Origin: Lepidodermella squamata
Taxonomy: Eukaryota > Animalia > Gastrotricha
DNA: 64,000 nt
Reading direction: 5' to 3'
NCBI GenBank assembly: GCA_047495785.1
Contig: JBLDXI010000009.1
Location: forward strand, 2,914,001 to 2,978,000
The notes below the pieces were generated by a model. The model did no database searches. It was not told where the DNA came from and was given only the letters and a program-made list of their open reading frames with translations. A program made the position numbers and the translations under genes. Positions 1-11,653 of the stretch are shown in pieces; the first letter of the stretch is position 1; each line of letters opens with the position of its first letter.

Positions 1-3000
1 TGAGCAGCCAACATCAGAGGAGTCTCACCTGAAAAAATTGAATTTCATAGAATTTATATACCTATAGGAAAATAAAAAATATAAAAAACCCCTAAATTTA
101 GGGTCCAGTGTTAAATTGGAGGCTCCATCACTAGCTAGTTTGTCGAGTTTCAAATCTTCAATTGAACCCCAATTTTTTAATAGTGAAGGGTTTATAGCCC
201 TGGCATGTTAAAATTAGCAATTAGAGTGAAACTCAACCAATAAGAAATAGACTTATTAAACAATTAAGCAAACTTTTCCAATGACTTAATTGAAAATTTT
301 CCCGACTTTTATAGCCACTATTAGGGCGTGAAATTGAAATTTTAATTAATGATAAGCAGCACGTGATATTGCTGGCACGAGCGCTGACTAAAGCTAAAAA
401 TATCAATTTATAGAGTCTGGATTTGGGGCGCAGGACCTTATAGCGATCCTTTTTTCAAATTTCTTTGAATTAAATTTGCATAGGTCAATCTTGAATTAGT
501 AAAAAAGAATTTCCAGATTTAAATATAAAATTACCTGGCTCTGATTGAATTTCGGCAGATTCTGGACAATTTTGATAGAGCACTCGAACCATGTACAATT
601 GTCCAGCCATCGAAGCGCATGCTAATGGCGTCAAACCCGCAACATTTCGCGTCAAAAGCGCCTCGGGACATTTCCTAGCCAAAAACCGCACAATATCCAA
701 GTGATTACTCGCAGCGGCGGCCATAACCGGGGTCTGGCCATGTTTCGCCTCTCGCCACTTTGCAACGTCAGGCAGTTTCTCGGTCAAAAATCGCGTCAAC
801 AGGTGGTCACCCATCGCGGCGGCACACATCAAAGACGTGAAATCTTGCCGATTAGTCTGAGCCGCCGCGTCATGGCATTTCGCCATCAAAAAGCGCACCG
901 CATCGAGATGACCGGCTTTAGTCGCGATGTGAAGCGGCAGCTCGCCGTCAACATCTTCCTTCCTCGCCGCCTCCGGGTGCACATCGTAAACCCACTCAAC
1001 CGAATCGATGTTACCGTGGAGAGCCGCGAACGACAAAGCTGTCGCTTCGTTCTTATCAAGCGCCTTAACTAAAGTGCCTCGAACATTCCGCTCGTGAATA
1101 AATCTGGCAATATCAGTCTGGCCGATCATTAACGCGAGTTGGATCAGATTCCGCCCGTTCGAATCGACTATTTCATGCAGATCCAAACCGTGGGGGATGA
1201 AATGCTCAAACAAATACCGAACAGCCTCGACATGGCCGTTTTGAACAGTTCGAAGTAGAATTAAGGCGGAGAAGTCTCGGTTGAATTTAACATGTTTCTC
1301 CTCCAGGAAATAACTTGCTATTTCCAGCCGATTTTGGGCAATTGCATGCATTTGAGGCGTGAAGTTGCTATCGTCCTCCAGTTCCATCAAATCAGCGTAC
1401 TTTTCCGAGAGAAATTTGGCAACTTCCAAATGGCCATTTCGACTCGCGTAAGATAACGGGTTCATGTTGTTAAGCGGCTTGTTGCTCGGCGGTTTTTCAG
1501 CTTTGATTTCAGCTAGCAGTTGAACAGCGTTAAGGTGGCCGCATCTCGCCGCACAGGTCAATGTCATTTCGTTGAAATTAGGCCGATTTGCATATTCAGC
1601 CTCAATCGTGTCTAAATCACCGCGCGCACATGCGATAATTAACGGGTCACTTATCGCGGGGTCGAGGGTCAGCGCGAGCCATTTCATTTCTGTGTATAAT
1701 CACGCCGATACGGATGTAGAGCTGAACTCAGCCTCGGAATATACCGGCTTGATTTCAGATAATTTTCCATTGTTTCAAATAATCGGTAGAAAACAGTTTC
1801 ATGGTCGTGATTTTCCAGTTTTAGCATTTCGACAAATTTCGCTGCGCCCAGGCGTCGGCAAATTAACCAAAGCCAGCTTTGGAGGGTTTCGTTTTCGAAT
1901 GGCAAACTATCAAAGGCGACATGAAGTATCGTCCGGCCATTCAATCGATGAATTTTCGTTCCACATAATTCGATTAAATTCTCGTCATTTATATACGTAA
2001 AAACCTTTGCCAATAATCGGAAGTTTTGATTGTCCAACATATCGATCGGTATAGCTAGCTCGGGAATTTCTTCCGAGGAAATTCCTAACTGACCTCTGAG
2101 AATAACCATTCGAATATCGCTGATATTGTCTTTTTTGTACAGATTTTTAGCAATTTGAAGTGCGGCGTTGTATTGTAACTTCGGAACGCAATATTCATCC
2201 GGACTTCGTTTAACAATCAAACCTTCTCGATCGAAGACACGGCATAACGCTCGTGATTTCAATCGAGAATCAGCGTTCGAAGCAAAGCCCCATAGTAGAG
2301 ACAAATCGTCAAGACTGACCGGTTCGCCGGGTTCGAAGAACAGAAACGCGAAATAGCCGTTCCGCATGGGTAAATCCATGCGTTCGATGCCTAATTTCGT
2401 CAACAGAGCGACGTTTTTCTCCACCGAATCGCCGGCTAATTTCAACAGATATTTCAACTGCTCGTCGACTGATGTCTTATTAGCGACACTTGTTAAATGA
2501 TTTGAGGCCAAATTCGCGAGAAGAGGGGTCCATAGGCAAATTTTGTCGGATAATTTCACGAAATTCTCAAAGCTCAATTTCCCAGCTAGGTTGTACGTAG
2601 TTTCAAGCATGTTTATGAACATATTTTGATCTACGTTCATTCGGCCGACTCGAAAATGTCGATTGAAGTTAAGCAGCTCGGTTTTATCAGGGGTTTTGCT
2701 GGAAATAGCGATGCAATAAACCGGGGCGGTGTATTTTACCCGCAAGCAATCGACGAGTTTCATGTTGGAGAAATCGTCCAGGACAAATAGAATTCGGCAG
2801 TGTTTCGACGTGAAATGATTGGCGATGCCTTCGAGGTCGAAAAACATCTCATCAAAGTCATCGGGCCAGAGTTGGCGACCGGCTTGTTCGGCGAGACGGG
2901 CGATCTTTTCACAGAAGGCCTCTTCGGTATCGCGGTCGAAATCGCGAGAATTCGCCCATCGCGAGCAATTAACCCATAATACAATATTGATAGCGCATCG

Positions 3001-4942
3001 CCGATATAGGTGATATTCGTTTTTCGAGAGAACTTGAGAAAGCAAAGCCGTTTTACCGACACCGGAATCACCAGACACCAACAAATATCCTGAAATAAAA
3101 ATGTCTCCCTTCAAGACCTGTAAATAATTTTCGGAATTGAACCAATAATTTCTTAACAATTTTAAATATTTTTCTACACTTTCAGTGGAACCTAATTTGT
3201 GGAATTCGATTTTGATAAAAAAGTTCGTTCGGAACTAAATAAGGGAATACTCTATGACTAGCCATGGAGTAATCCTATTCCTACATGTGCAGGTTCTATG
3301 CCAATTGAGCAAACGAAAATTGAGCAACGAAAATTGAGCAAGGGCTTTTGAGCAACGATGTGAGAGCAAACGAAATTATAGCAAAACGAAAAAAGAGCAA
3401 ACGAGTTTAGAGCTAAACGACTTTTGAGCAAAATGAAATGAGAGCAAAATGACACCAGGGCAAATTATGTTTATAATAAATATAAGAGCTGAAATTAATT
3501 ATTAAATTTACTCTTGTGTCATTTTGCTCAAAAGTCGTTTTGCTCTAAACTCGTTTGCTATTTTTTCGTTTTGATCTTTTTTCGTTTGCTCTCACATCGT
3601 TGCTCAAAAGCCCTTGCTCAATTTTCATTTGCTCAATTGGCATAGAACCCATACGCACTATCTGGAGCCACTTTTTGGGGAATTAAAAAGGGTCATACAT
3701 CATACCCCTGTGAAAATAGCATATAAAGTTGAAATAAAAATTCCACCTTAAAAATGTTATGGTGGCATAATTTTGCCATTCGCATGTAGGAACTTGAAGG
3801 ATTAAAATTCCAAAAAATACTTTCGAAATTTTGGGAATTTTCTTGATTGGAAATTTATTTAGAATTCAAAAAGTTCTACGCGTGATTTTCAGTAAAATAC
3901 CTCGTCATGGTTTAGCGATAAAGGCGTAATTCAACAAAATTCACTAAATTATTCGAAAAGGTCGCTAGTTTAATATTTTCAATTTTTCAATATTAGGAAT
4001 TTTTTCAATCAAACCTTGATCTTGCTGCTTGCAGATTTCTCTCAAATCCTTCAACACTTTCTCCTCCTCGTCTTTTCGATGGAAATACCGATAGAAATTC
4101 GGAACATTTACAGTCGTAAAATCACTGTGTGATGGATAATAATTTTTTTTATTTCGTGTCAATTTTTTTATGACTTGCTTGTTTGACGGGTATGTCGCGT
4201 TAGACAAATGGGCACTTTTATCAGGTCGCATTTTTGGTTTGAACATGGCTCGAACACGGTCGGCGATCTCTTCGAACAGTTCACCAGGCGTTTTTTCAAC
4301 ACCAAAATCCAGCCATCGAGTGTCGTCGAGCGGGTACGGCAGCCATGTGTCATCATTGCCCGGCGTCGCTACGTCACCATCGGGCCCTGGTGAGTGCAAT
4401 TTGATTGGTAGAATGTGTTTACGGCGTCGTTGCGCGTGATTGAACTCGAGACGGCATATCGGATTTTTCTGGTAATTTGCGTCATAAATTAGGACAAATA
4501 ACTGGCATCGATCAAGTTCACGGCGGATGCGCTATAATATCAGCAAATTATCGTAATTTTTTACTAATAAATCGCAAAATTACCTGAATTAAAATGTCTT
4601 CAGGAGCTCGATCAACACGCTCTTTGCTGCCGAAAATTTCGAATTTTTCACTGCAATCACGGAGAATTGAAATTAGCCATTTCAGGTCTTCGAGGCGTTG
4701 AGACCAGCTCGAGCTGATGTAAATCCGTTGAACGACTTTCCTCAGCCCATCTGGAATGGGGAAAATTAAATTTGATGGAATATTCTAACCCTGAATTTCC
4801 AACCAGCTGTGCGGACTGACGGCTTATCGCCGTTATCGACTTCTTTCTCCGCGAAATTAAGGATTATATTGTCGATTGGCAGTTGATTAATTGTCGTAAC
4901 CGAAGCTCTTCGGATACTAGCGCGCCGCGGCTTTTGAGACAT
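1..4942 (-). CDS. Spliced TIR - NB-ARC/STAND NTPase - ankyrin repeat protein (NLR-like); 3' end lies beyond the window start
   Basis: Exons by eye: 4942-4804, 4750-4584, 4531-4015, 3089-535, 28-<1, with phase-compatible GT-AG introns (53, 52, 925, 506 nt). TIR_2-like motifs RIYISSSW...FVLIYDANYQKNPICRLEFNHAQRRRKHILPIKL. Walker A GDSGVGKT, Walker B ILFVLDD, GxP-like WTPLLA. About 10 ankyrin repeats (GHLNAVQLL, GELPLHIA, GQTPVMAA). One frame break at about 1684-1687. Confidence 0.8.
3292..3649. mobile_element. MITE / foldback element in intron 3 of the TIR-STAND gene
   Basis: About 150-bp inverted arms starting GGTTCTATGCCAATTGAGCAAA, built from GAGCAAACGA-like subrepeats; degenerate 8-bp flanking duplication CATGTGCA/CATACGCA (6/8). 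Confidence 0.75.
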
Positions 4943-5655
4943 AAGGATCGAAAATTTTACGTGGCCTGGAAACCTGTACAAGGCATTTTTGATTATACTA
5001 TTTTTCTTTACAAAGTCATTAGCAAACCTGCTATTGATAAGATTTTACCGCAAAAATGCATGGAAATGTATCAATTGGCATCTTGCGAGCGTTTTTTGTC
5101 TATTCAACAATATTTCTTTGAGGTACCCTAGAATTTGCAGTGGTTAATAATGGCAATTTTAAAAGGAAATCGTGTTCCCATGGCCTGCCGCTGACGTCAA
5201 ACGTATGTTCTTCAGAGGTGGTATTAAATATAGTTCAGCCAATTTAATGGCCCGTGATTAAGCAGACAGACAAATGTTGCCCAGTTTTTTTCTGAAATTC
5301 TTTGAGAATCAAAGTGAAAGAACCGACAAAGGTCTGTTGTCTGTTGCAGGAATTTGAAACATTCCAGGCAACGCTGTAAATATTGTTTCTGTTATTCCGT
5401 TGTCTATTTCCGATGTGTAACGGACTTTGGGCTTCAAATCGAAAGACGTCTCATCGAAGATCGTATAAAAAGGGAAAAACACGACCGGAAAGTTACTGCG
5501 TTAGAATTCTAAGATAAAACTCCGCATCCGTGTTACACTTAGTTTAGAATTACAAGCTTTAATGGCTTACAGGATGCATTCCCTAGGTATCCGGCGCTAT
5601 CAATTCTAATCGTCCTATTCGCCTTTACAACAAAAAAAACATTTGGAATTTAAAA

Positions 5656-8040
5656 ATGCGTCTTATTAGTCTGGTCATTCTACTCGCCTGGTCGGCGATC
5701 TCTTCTTGCGCTGAGTTGAAAGTTATGCGTATGCTCGCCTTGATTCAGTTCACTGGAGCGGAACCTCGGGATGGAAGAATTTGCCAAGCAACAATGCAGG
5801 TTGCAGTCAATAGCGTGAATGCAAGGCGAGATTTGCTGCCGGACTATCGTGTTGAAATCGATTTCCAAAACGAAGAACCCGGTTCAAGAATGTCACCCCG
5901 GCGATTTATCGAGTTTACCAGGCAATTTGACAATGCCAATAGATCAATGTTACTCGCCCCAGTTTTTGTCGGACCGAACGGGAACTGCCAGAATGTGGCA
6001 AGAGCTGCTGTTAGTTATCGAATGGTTCAGTTCTCAACAGGCTGCGGCGGAGCCCAATTCACAGCTAACAGGAAACAATTCCCTAACCTTTACAGAAGCC
6101 GAATTCCGAACGAGCCGCGAATAATTCCTATACTTATCTTTATTCAAAGAATAGGGCTTTGGAAGCAGATCGGAATTTTGACCTTTGCTGGGAATCAAAA
6201 CGAATTCTTAGTCGGCAGGAATCTTCACACTGCTGCAACCCAAGCTGGAATCGAGGTTGTATGGTTTGGCACGATAATGGATATGGATGAAGATGTGGTA
6301 ACTTCTTTGAAGAAAAGTGATGCTCGAATCATTTTCGTTCAATTCAGTGATGCCCCTCGTTACATTCAATTCATGTGCCTAAGCTATCAAGGCGGAGTTA
6401 CTGGATCAAGATATCTATTCGTTATGCAAACTGTTGTCTTCATCAATCCTTACAGCAGTGACTATCAACTGCCAAAAGGTTGCAATCGTGAGATGGTTCT
6501 AGAGCAGATCAAAATCACATTTTGGATAGGAGTGTTTGATTTTGCCATTGGTGATACCGGGGCAACTTCCCTAAACTACACTCTCGATGAATTTGAGAAG
6601 AAAGTGGACTTGCTGACTAACTCGTCTCGTAGTGCTGACTATGACAGAAGGCATCGATGCCACGATACAATGACTCAAGCTCTAGTGACTCTGGATGTCG
6701 CTGATAAGAGGCTGAAAGCAGAGTTAAACTTGTCACTTCAAGATCACCAGCGATTCCCAGACTTGGTTATGCGGGTTGTGAATGAAACAGCATCGACAGC
6801 TAATGTCTCAGGTCTTAGGATAGGCCCCATTGAATACTCAGACAGGCTGGAAGTGGACAACGAGCCGCAATGGATATCTCAGTTCATTGAAGGAAAATGG
6901 CGCCATGTTTACAAAGTTTGGCATTTAGGAAATAACGGGAGTAACACTCTGGAACCTAAAGCATACGCCAGCCAGGGTTTCGCTGACCCAATCTGGATGA
7001 CCAAAGATGGAAAACCACCTAAAGATCTATCCGATGTAGCAATTTTCAAACAAGACGTCCCTATATTTGTAACTTGGCTAGTCGCCGGAATAATTTGCGT
7101 AGCCACGGTCTTCACCTTTCTTATGGCACTGCAAGTTGTTAGGATTGGATTGCGCCAGAAGAGTGGATTTGGGAATCTGCACAAGCTAAATAGCGTTTTG
7201 TTAATGGGACTTGTCCTTCTTTACGGATCCAGCCTCGCTTATTCGGTTAATCCATCTATAGCTGGAGAGTCGATTTGCACAATTCGTTTAGCTTTGGCGA
7301 TATTAGGGTTTGCCTCCGTAAATGGGAGTGTCTGTATTAGAATGTTAGCGGTGAAAGATTTCCTGGCGAGCTTAAATAGAAAGCCTCGAAAATTAAGACG
7401 AAAAAAGATTGCATCATTGCTATCGGCTGCCAATCTTGCGTCTAGATCGATTGAAAAGCCACCGGAGCGAACACCTAAAGCTATCCTGGCTGAAGGAGCG
7501 CATCGCGCATTCTGCATGACTTGCATCTTCATTTCAATTCATCTAGTAGCAGCCATTGTTTTTCTTGGGGTGGTTGATCGTCAGCTTTTGGTGTCTACAG
7601 TCTCACCTACAATTTATGACGCTTCGAGCGATATCAACTTTCGAATTCAAAATGTTTCCTGTCAATCATACTATCAAGATATTTGGATAGGAGCTATAGC
7701 AGCTATTAATTTTGTCTTGTTAGCTTTCGCAACATTCTCGTCTTTCGAAATCCGTAAATTGGTTCCCCCGCAGGAAATAAAGTCCGAGTTGCGGGCAACC
7801 AAATTTGCATCGATAAACCAGTTGACGTTGCTTGTTTTCTTCACTCTCCTTATTGTTATGTTGCCATCTGGAATTTACGAAATTCTTGCAATAATTATTG
7901 GATGCGCAGCTTTTGGCAGCACGACGGCTCTAATTTGTTGGCTTTCTACATTGGAAACGAAACCGTCGAACGAGAATGCTTCTCGCGCTGGATCCGCGGC
8001 TAATTTTGCTCTTCGCACGGAAATGAGTCATCAAGCGTGA
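5656..8040 (+). CDS. Class C GPCR, GABA-B-receptor-like (Venus flytrap + 7TM, no cysteine-rich domain), intronless
   Basis: 794-aa ORF: signal peptide, ANF-receptor/VFT motifs (AVNSVNARRDLLPDY, NRKQFPNLYR, LKKSDARIIFV), W..GKPPKD linker, seven hydrophobic helices. Confidence 0.85.
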   Translation: MRLISLVILLAWSAISSCAELKVMRMLALIQFTGAEPRDGRICQATMQVAVNSVNARRDLLPDYRVEIDFQNEEPGSRMSPRRFIEFTRQFDNANRSMLLAPVFVGPNGNCQNVARAAVSYRMVQFSTGCGGAQFTANRKQFPNLYRSRIPNEPRIIPILIFIQRIGLWKQIGILTFAGNQNEFLVGRNLHTAATQAGIEVVWFGTIMDMDEDVVTSLKKSDARIIFVQFSDAPRYIQFMCLSYQGGVTGSRYLFVMQTVVFINPYSSDYQLPKGCNREMVLEQIKITFWIGVFDFAIGDTGATSLNYTLDEFEKKVDLLTNSSRSADYDRRHRCHDTMTQALVTLDVADKRLKAELNLSLQDHQRFPDLVMRVVNETASTANVSGLRIGPIEYSDRLEVDNEPQWISQFIEGKWRHVYKVWHLGNNGSNTLEPKAYASQGFADPIWMTKDGKPPKDLSDVAIFKQDVPIFVTWLVAGIICVATVFTFLMALQVVRIGLRQKSGFGNLHKLNSVLLMGLVLLYGSSLAYSVNPSIAGESICTIRLALAILGFASVNGSVCIRMLAVKDFLASLNRKPRKLRRKKIASLLSAANLASRSIEKPPERTPKAILAEGAHRAFCMTCIFISIHLVAAIVFLGVVDRQLLVSTVSPTIYDASSDINFRIQNVSCQSYYQDIWIGAIAAINFVLLAFATFSSFEIRKLVPPQEIKSELRATKFASINQLTLLVFFTLLIVMLPSGIYEILAIIIGCAAFGSTTALICWLSTLETKPSNENASRAGSAANFALRTEMSHQA

Positions 8041-8376
8041 TGTCTTGTGTTTTACGAAGTAAAAAATTGCTATTGATTGCGTGTTGATATACACCTGGAT
8101 TCGTTTTAAGCCGTGGATTAGGATAAAAGACACTAATTACGAACAATTATCACGGAAAAAAGAAATTATTTGCCCTAAAACCCTGAATGGCATGGCCTAT
8201 TATGAGGCTAAAACCGAGTGGTATTAATGGAGACAGAACGGAAAAATATAGTCATTAGTCTTCCTTTAAAGAATTATCCACCTCCAATTAGTGACTGGGG
8301 GTGACTGTGATATCTAGTGAAATCTAATTAGGCTATCTAACTAATTAGGCATCAGGTTCCGCTGGGGGTGGTCGAA

Positions 8377-8382
8377 TATAAA
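8377..8382 (+). promoter_or_regulatory. Probable TATA box of the second GPCR
   Basis: TATAAA about 40 nt upstream of the ATG at 8422; retained in the duplicated copy at about 23043. Confidence 0.4.
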
Positions 8383-8421
8383 GCCTGAGATTGAACGAGA
8401 TTTGGAGGAATATTCTTAAAA

Positions 8422-10674
8422 ATGAAGTTTTACCTTACTTCGCCCCTTTTCGCCGTTTTTGCCGTGGTCATTGAATCGCAGAATATGAAGCCATTCATTC
8501 TACGTCAACTCGCCCTGATTCAGTTTACAGGCGCCGAGCCTCGAGATGGTCGAATATGTCAAGCGGCAATGCAAGTTGCTGTTAACAGCGCAAACGCAAA
8601 TCCGAATTTCTTGCGTGACTATCACATCGAAGTAGACTACCAAAACGAGGGGGCGAATTCAGAAATGACCCCTCGCCGATTCATGGAATTTGCCACTCGA
8701 CAATCTTCGCCAGGATCCCCATCTCCCGTTGTAGTCGGTCCTTACGCGAACTGTCAAAATATCGCTAGAATCGTACAACGTCACAACATGATTCAATTTG
8801 CGACTGGGTGTGGCGGTCCACAGTTCACGGCGAATCGACTGAAATACCCAAATTTATACCGGAGTCGAATGCCCAACGAGCCTCGCCTCATCCCTATCTT
8901 GTTTTTCATTCGGCAAATTGGCTCCTGGAGGCAGGTTGGAATCCTAACATTTGCCGGCGACAAGAATGAATTTGCCGTCGCCAGCAACCTGCACGCATCA
9001 CTTAGCCAAGCTGGCATCGAAGTGGTTTGGTTCGGAGGCATCTTGGATATGGACAGCAATGTGATAAGTTCTTTGAAAGCTAGTGCTACTCGTGTTTTGC
9101 TCGTCCAGTTCAGTGATGTTAGCCGTTTTGTCCAATTCATGTGTCTCAGCCATCAAGGCGGAGTTCGTGGGCCCCGTTACGTTTTCGTGATGCAAACAGA
9201 GGTTTTTGTTGATCCGTACAGTAGCGAATACACTTTGCCAGCATTTTGCACCCGAGCTATGATCCTCGAGCAAATGAGAATAACTTTCTGGATCGGAGCT
9301 TTTGATTTTGCTGTCACTGACAACGGGCCAACTAGCCTTGTCTATGGTCTGCAAGAATTTGAGAAACGTCTTGATGATCTGACTAATAGATCTCGTAGTG
9401 CTGATTATGACCAGCGGCACCGATGCCACGATTCCATGGCTCAAGCCCTTGTAACACTAGATTTGGCCGAGAGAACCCTGAAATCGAGATTAAACATGAC
9501 GCTTAAAGACCACATTAACTATCCTGAGCTAGTGTTACAAGTCATAAATGCCAGTGCGGCCTCGTTGAATGTTTCTGGCCTAAGAATCGGGCGAATTCAG
9601 TATAACGATCGGCTCGAGGTCGACAATGAGAACCAATGGATTGCGCAATGGATCGACGGAAATTGGCGCTATATCTACAAAGTCTGGCATGTTATGAATA
9701 ATGGCAGAGCAACTTTCGACCAGATTTCTTCATACAGATACGAGATGTTGGCTGATCCTATTTGGAACACAGATGACGGCAAACCACCTGCTCATCTGTC
9801 ATACTTTAGCACGAGGAAGGCTGGTCTGTCCAATTTAGTTTTCTGGCTGGCGTTATCAACCGTTGTCGCCTCGTTTATTATCCTGATTTTCCTTGAAGTT
9901 AACTTCCGTTCTCATCAAGCTTCACGTTGCCTGTCCAGTCAGCTTTCGATCCTTGGCGGCGGTTGCCTACTCATTGGTTCATTCCTTTTCGCAATAGACG
10001 CAGAGACATTCCCGGTTGCAGTCTGCAGCTCGAGAATTCTCATCTCCGTCTTGGGCTTGAGTTTGATTAATGGATCGGTGTCATCTCAAATGGCTTTAAT
10101 CGCGCGCTATTTGCGGACCTCTCGAACCCAAACCGAGACGACCATTCAAAGCCGCTCACATCAAATTCCAATTTCTGATCACCATTCATCTGCAGCTCGG
10201 ATCTTAGCAGCAAATGACTTGAAACGAACGTCGAAGCTGTCAACGTTATTTGCAGTTATTTTCACTGCCATGAACCTGATCATTAGCGCCGTTACACTTT
10301 TCGGCGCGAGAAATCCACGCTTATTAACCTACGTATCATCCTTCGAGTTTGATGTGGAAAAGGAGGAGTATTACGTTGTTAGAACTGCGTCGTGTGCTAA
10401 TGAGTATTATCAGGTATGGATCGGCCTACTCGCTTGCCATTTGATCCTCCTCGCAACAGCCGGGTTTCTCGCCTACGAGATGCGGGATCAGCCAGCGGTA
10501 ATCAACGAGTTCTTGAGCACGCGCTTGAATGCAATTAACACGGTGACGTTATTAACATTGCTAGCTGTTCTGTTTTTCACCGTACCGTCTCGTGAATTGA
10601 GTAACCTGATCGTGTTAATTTTCGGAGGTCAGCTGTACGCTGTGATAACCGCCGTAATACTTTTTTTAGTATGA
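8422..10674 (+). CDS. Class C GPCR, GABA-B-like paralog 2, intronless
   Basis: 750-aa ORF; VFT closely similar to 5656-8040 (LALIQFTGAEPRDGRICQA shared), 7TM more diverged, almost no C-terminal tail. Confidence 0.85.
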   Translation: MKFYLTSPLFAVFAVVIESQNMKPFILRQLALIQFTGAEPRDGRICQAAMQVAVNSANANPNFLRDYHIEVDYQNEGANSEMTPRRFMEFATRQSSPGSPSPVVVGPYANCQNIARIVQRHNMIQFATGCGGPQFTANRLKYPNLYRSRMPNEPRLIPILFFIRQIGSWRQVGILTFAGDKNEFAVASNLHASLSQAGIEVVWFGGILDMDSNVISSLKASATRVLLVQFSDVSRFVQFMCLSHQGGVRGPRYVFVMQTEVFVDPYSSEYTLPAFCTRAMILEQMRITFWIGAFDFAVTDNGPTSLVYGLQEFEKRLDDLTNRSRSADYDQRHRCHDSMAQALVTLDLAERTLKSRLNMTLKDHINYPELVLQVINASAASLNVSGLRIGRIQYNDRLEVDNENQWIAQWIDGNWRYIYKVWHVMNNGRATFDQISSYRYEMLADPIWNTDDGKPPAHLSYFSTRKAGLSNLVFWLALSTVVASFIILIFLEVNFRSHQASRCLSSQLSILGGGCLLIGSFLFAIDAETFPVAVCSSRILISVLGLSLINGSVSSQMALIARYLRTSRTQTETTIQSRSHQIPISDHHSSAARILAANDLKRTSKLSTLFAVIFTAMNLIISAVTLFGARNPRLLTYVSSFEFDVEKEEYYVVRTASCANEYYQVWIGLLACHLILLATAGFLAYEMRDQPAVINEFLSTRLNAINTVTLLTLLAVLFFTVPSRELSNLIVLIFGGQLYAVITAVILFLV

Positions 10675-10767
10675 CACAAGAAACAGAGCAAAACAAGCTC
10701 ATAGCCATGTATTCCTAACAATACAAATAAGGTTCAAAATATTGATTCAATATTCGATGATTAGATA

Positions 10768-10943
10768 TTATAGTTTATAGTAAATTGCAGCTGTGATAAT
10801 TAACAGAAATTTATGAATAAAATTGATGTTTCCAGAGGATACTGCTCCTTTTTGAGTGGTTTGATGTGAACTGGCACCGCTCAACGAACAGATTTCGTCG
10901 AAATCACAGTTTGCCTGAGTCAGCAGCGGGTAAGCGGCTCTAA
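10768..10943 (-). pseudogene. Duplicated 3' end of the MINPP-like gene's last exon
   Basis: Encodes RAAYPLLTQANCDFDEICSLSG..., nearly identical to 29429-29604; nothing upstream. Confidence 0.8.
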
Positions 10944-10978
10944 TTAATTTAAACACAATTTTGAGCGGGTAAGAGGCT

Positions 10979-11603
10979 TTGGCTAATCCGATCTGGATGA
11001 CCAAAGATGGAAAACCACCTAAAGATCTATCGGATGTAGAGGTATTCAAACGAAACATCCCAATATTTGTAACTTGGTTGGTTGCCGGAATAATCTAAGC
11101 TGCCATGACCGTGACCTTACTCATGGCACTGCAAGTTGTTAGGATTGGATTGCGTCAGAAGAGTGGATTTGGGAATCTACACAAACTTAATAGCGTTCTG
11201 TTAATTGTCCTTCTTTACGGATCAAGCCTTGCATATTCGATTAATCCTTTCATTGCTGGGGAATCGGTTTGCACAATTATTCGTTTAGCTTTGGCGATAT
11301 TGAGGTTTGCATCGGTTAATGGGAGCGTCTGTATTAGAATGTTAGCGGTGAAAGATTTCCTGGCAATCTTGATAAGGAAGCCTCGAGGATTAAGACGAAA
11401 AAAGATCTCAGCATTGTTATCGGCCTCCAATCTCCAATCAAAAGCCAACGGAGCGAACACATAAAGCTATCCTGGCTGAAGGAGCGCATCGCGCATTCTG
11501 CATGACTTGCATCTTCATTTCAATTCATCTAGTAGCAGCCATTGTTTTTCTTGGGGTGGTTGATCGTCAGCTTTTGGTGTCTACAGTCTCACCTACAATA
11601 TAT
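10979..11603 (+). pseudogene. GPCR1 pseudogene copy, left part (about 6980-7615 equivalent)
   Basis: High nucleotide similarity to GPCR1 with indels and a premature stop; 5' half absent; interrupted at 11603 by insertions. Confidence 0.85.
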
Positions 11604-11653
11604 TACAAGTTCCAGTGCGAACACTGTGATAAGAGCTTCGCCACTCGTGGCAG

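Noticed and set aside
1684-1687. ATGA overlap as evidence of a bacterial operon or contaminant
   Set aside because: The gene has phase-compatible spliceosomal introns; a 1-nt indel explains the overlap more simply.
3292-3649. Short repeated units resembling a CRISPR array
   Set aside because: No unique spacers or cas genes; units form two inverted arms of a MITE in a eukaryotic intron.
5656-10674. Assigning GABBR1/GABBR2 symbols
   Set aside because: Architecture is GABA-B-like, but the sequence is highly diverged and lacks the coiled coil.
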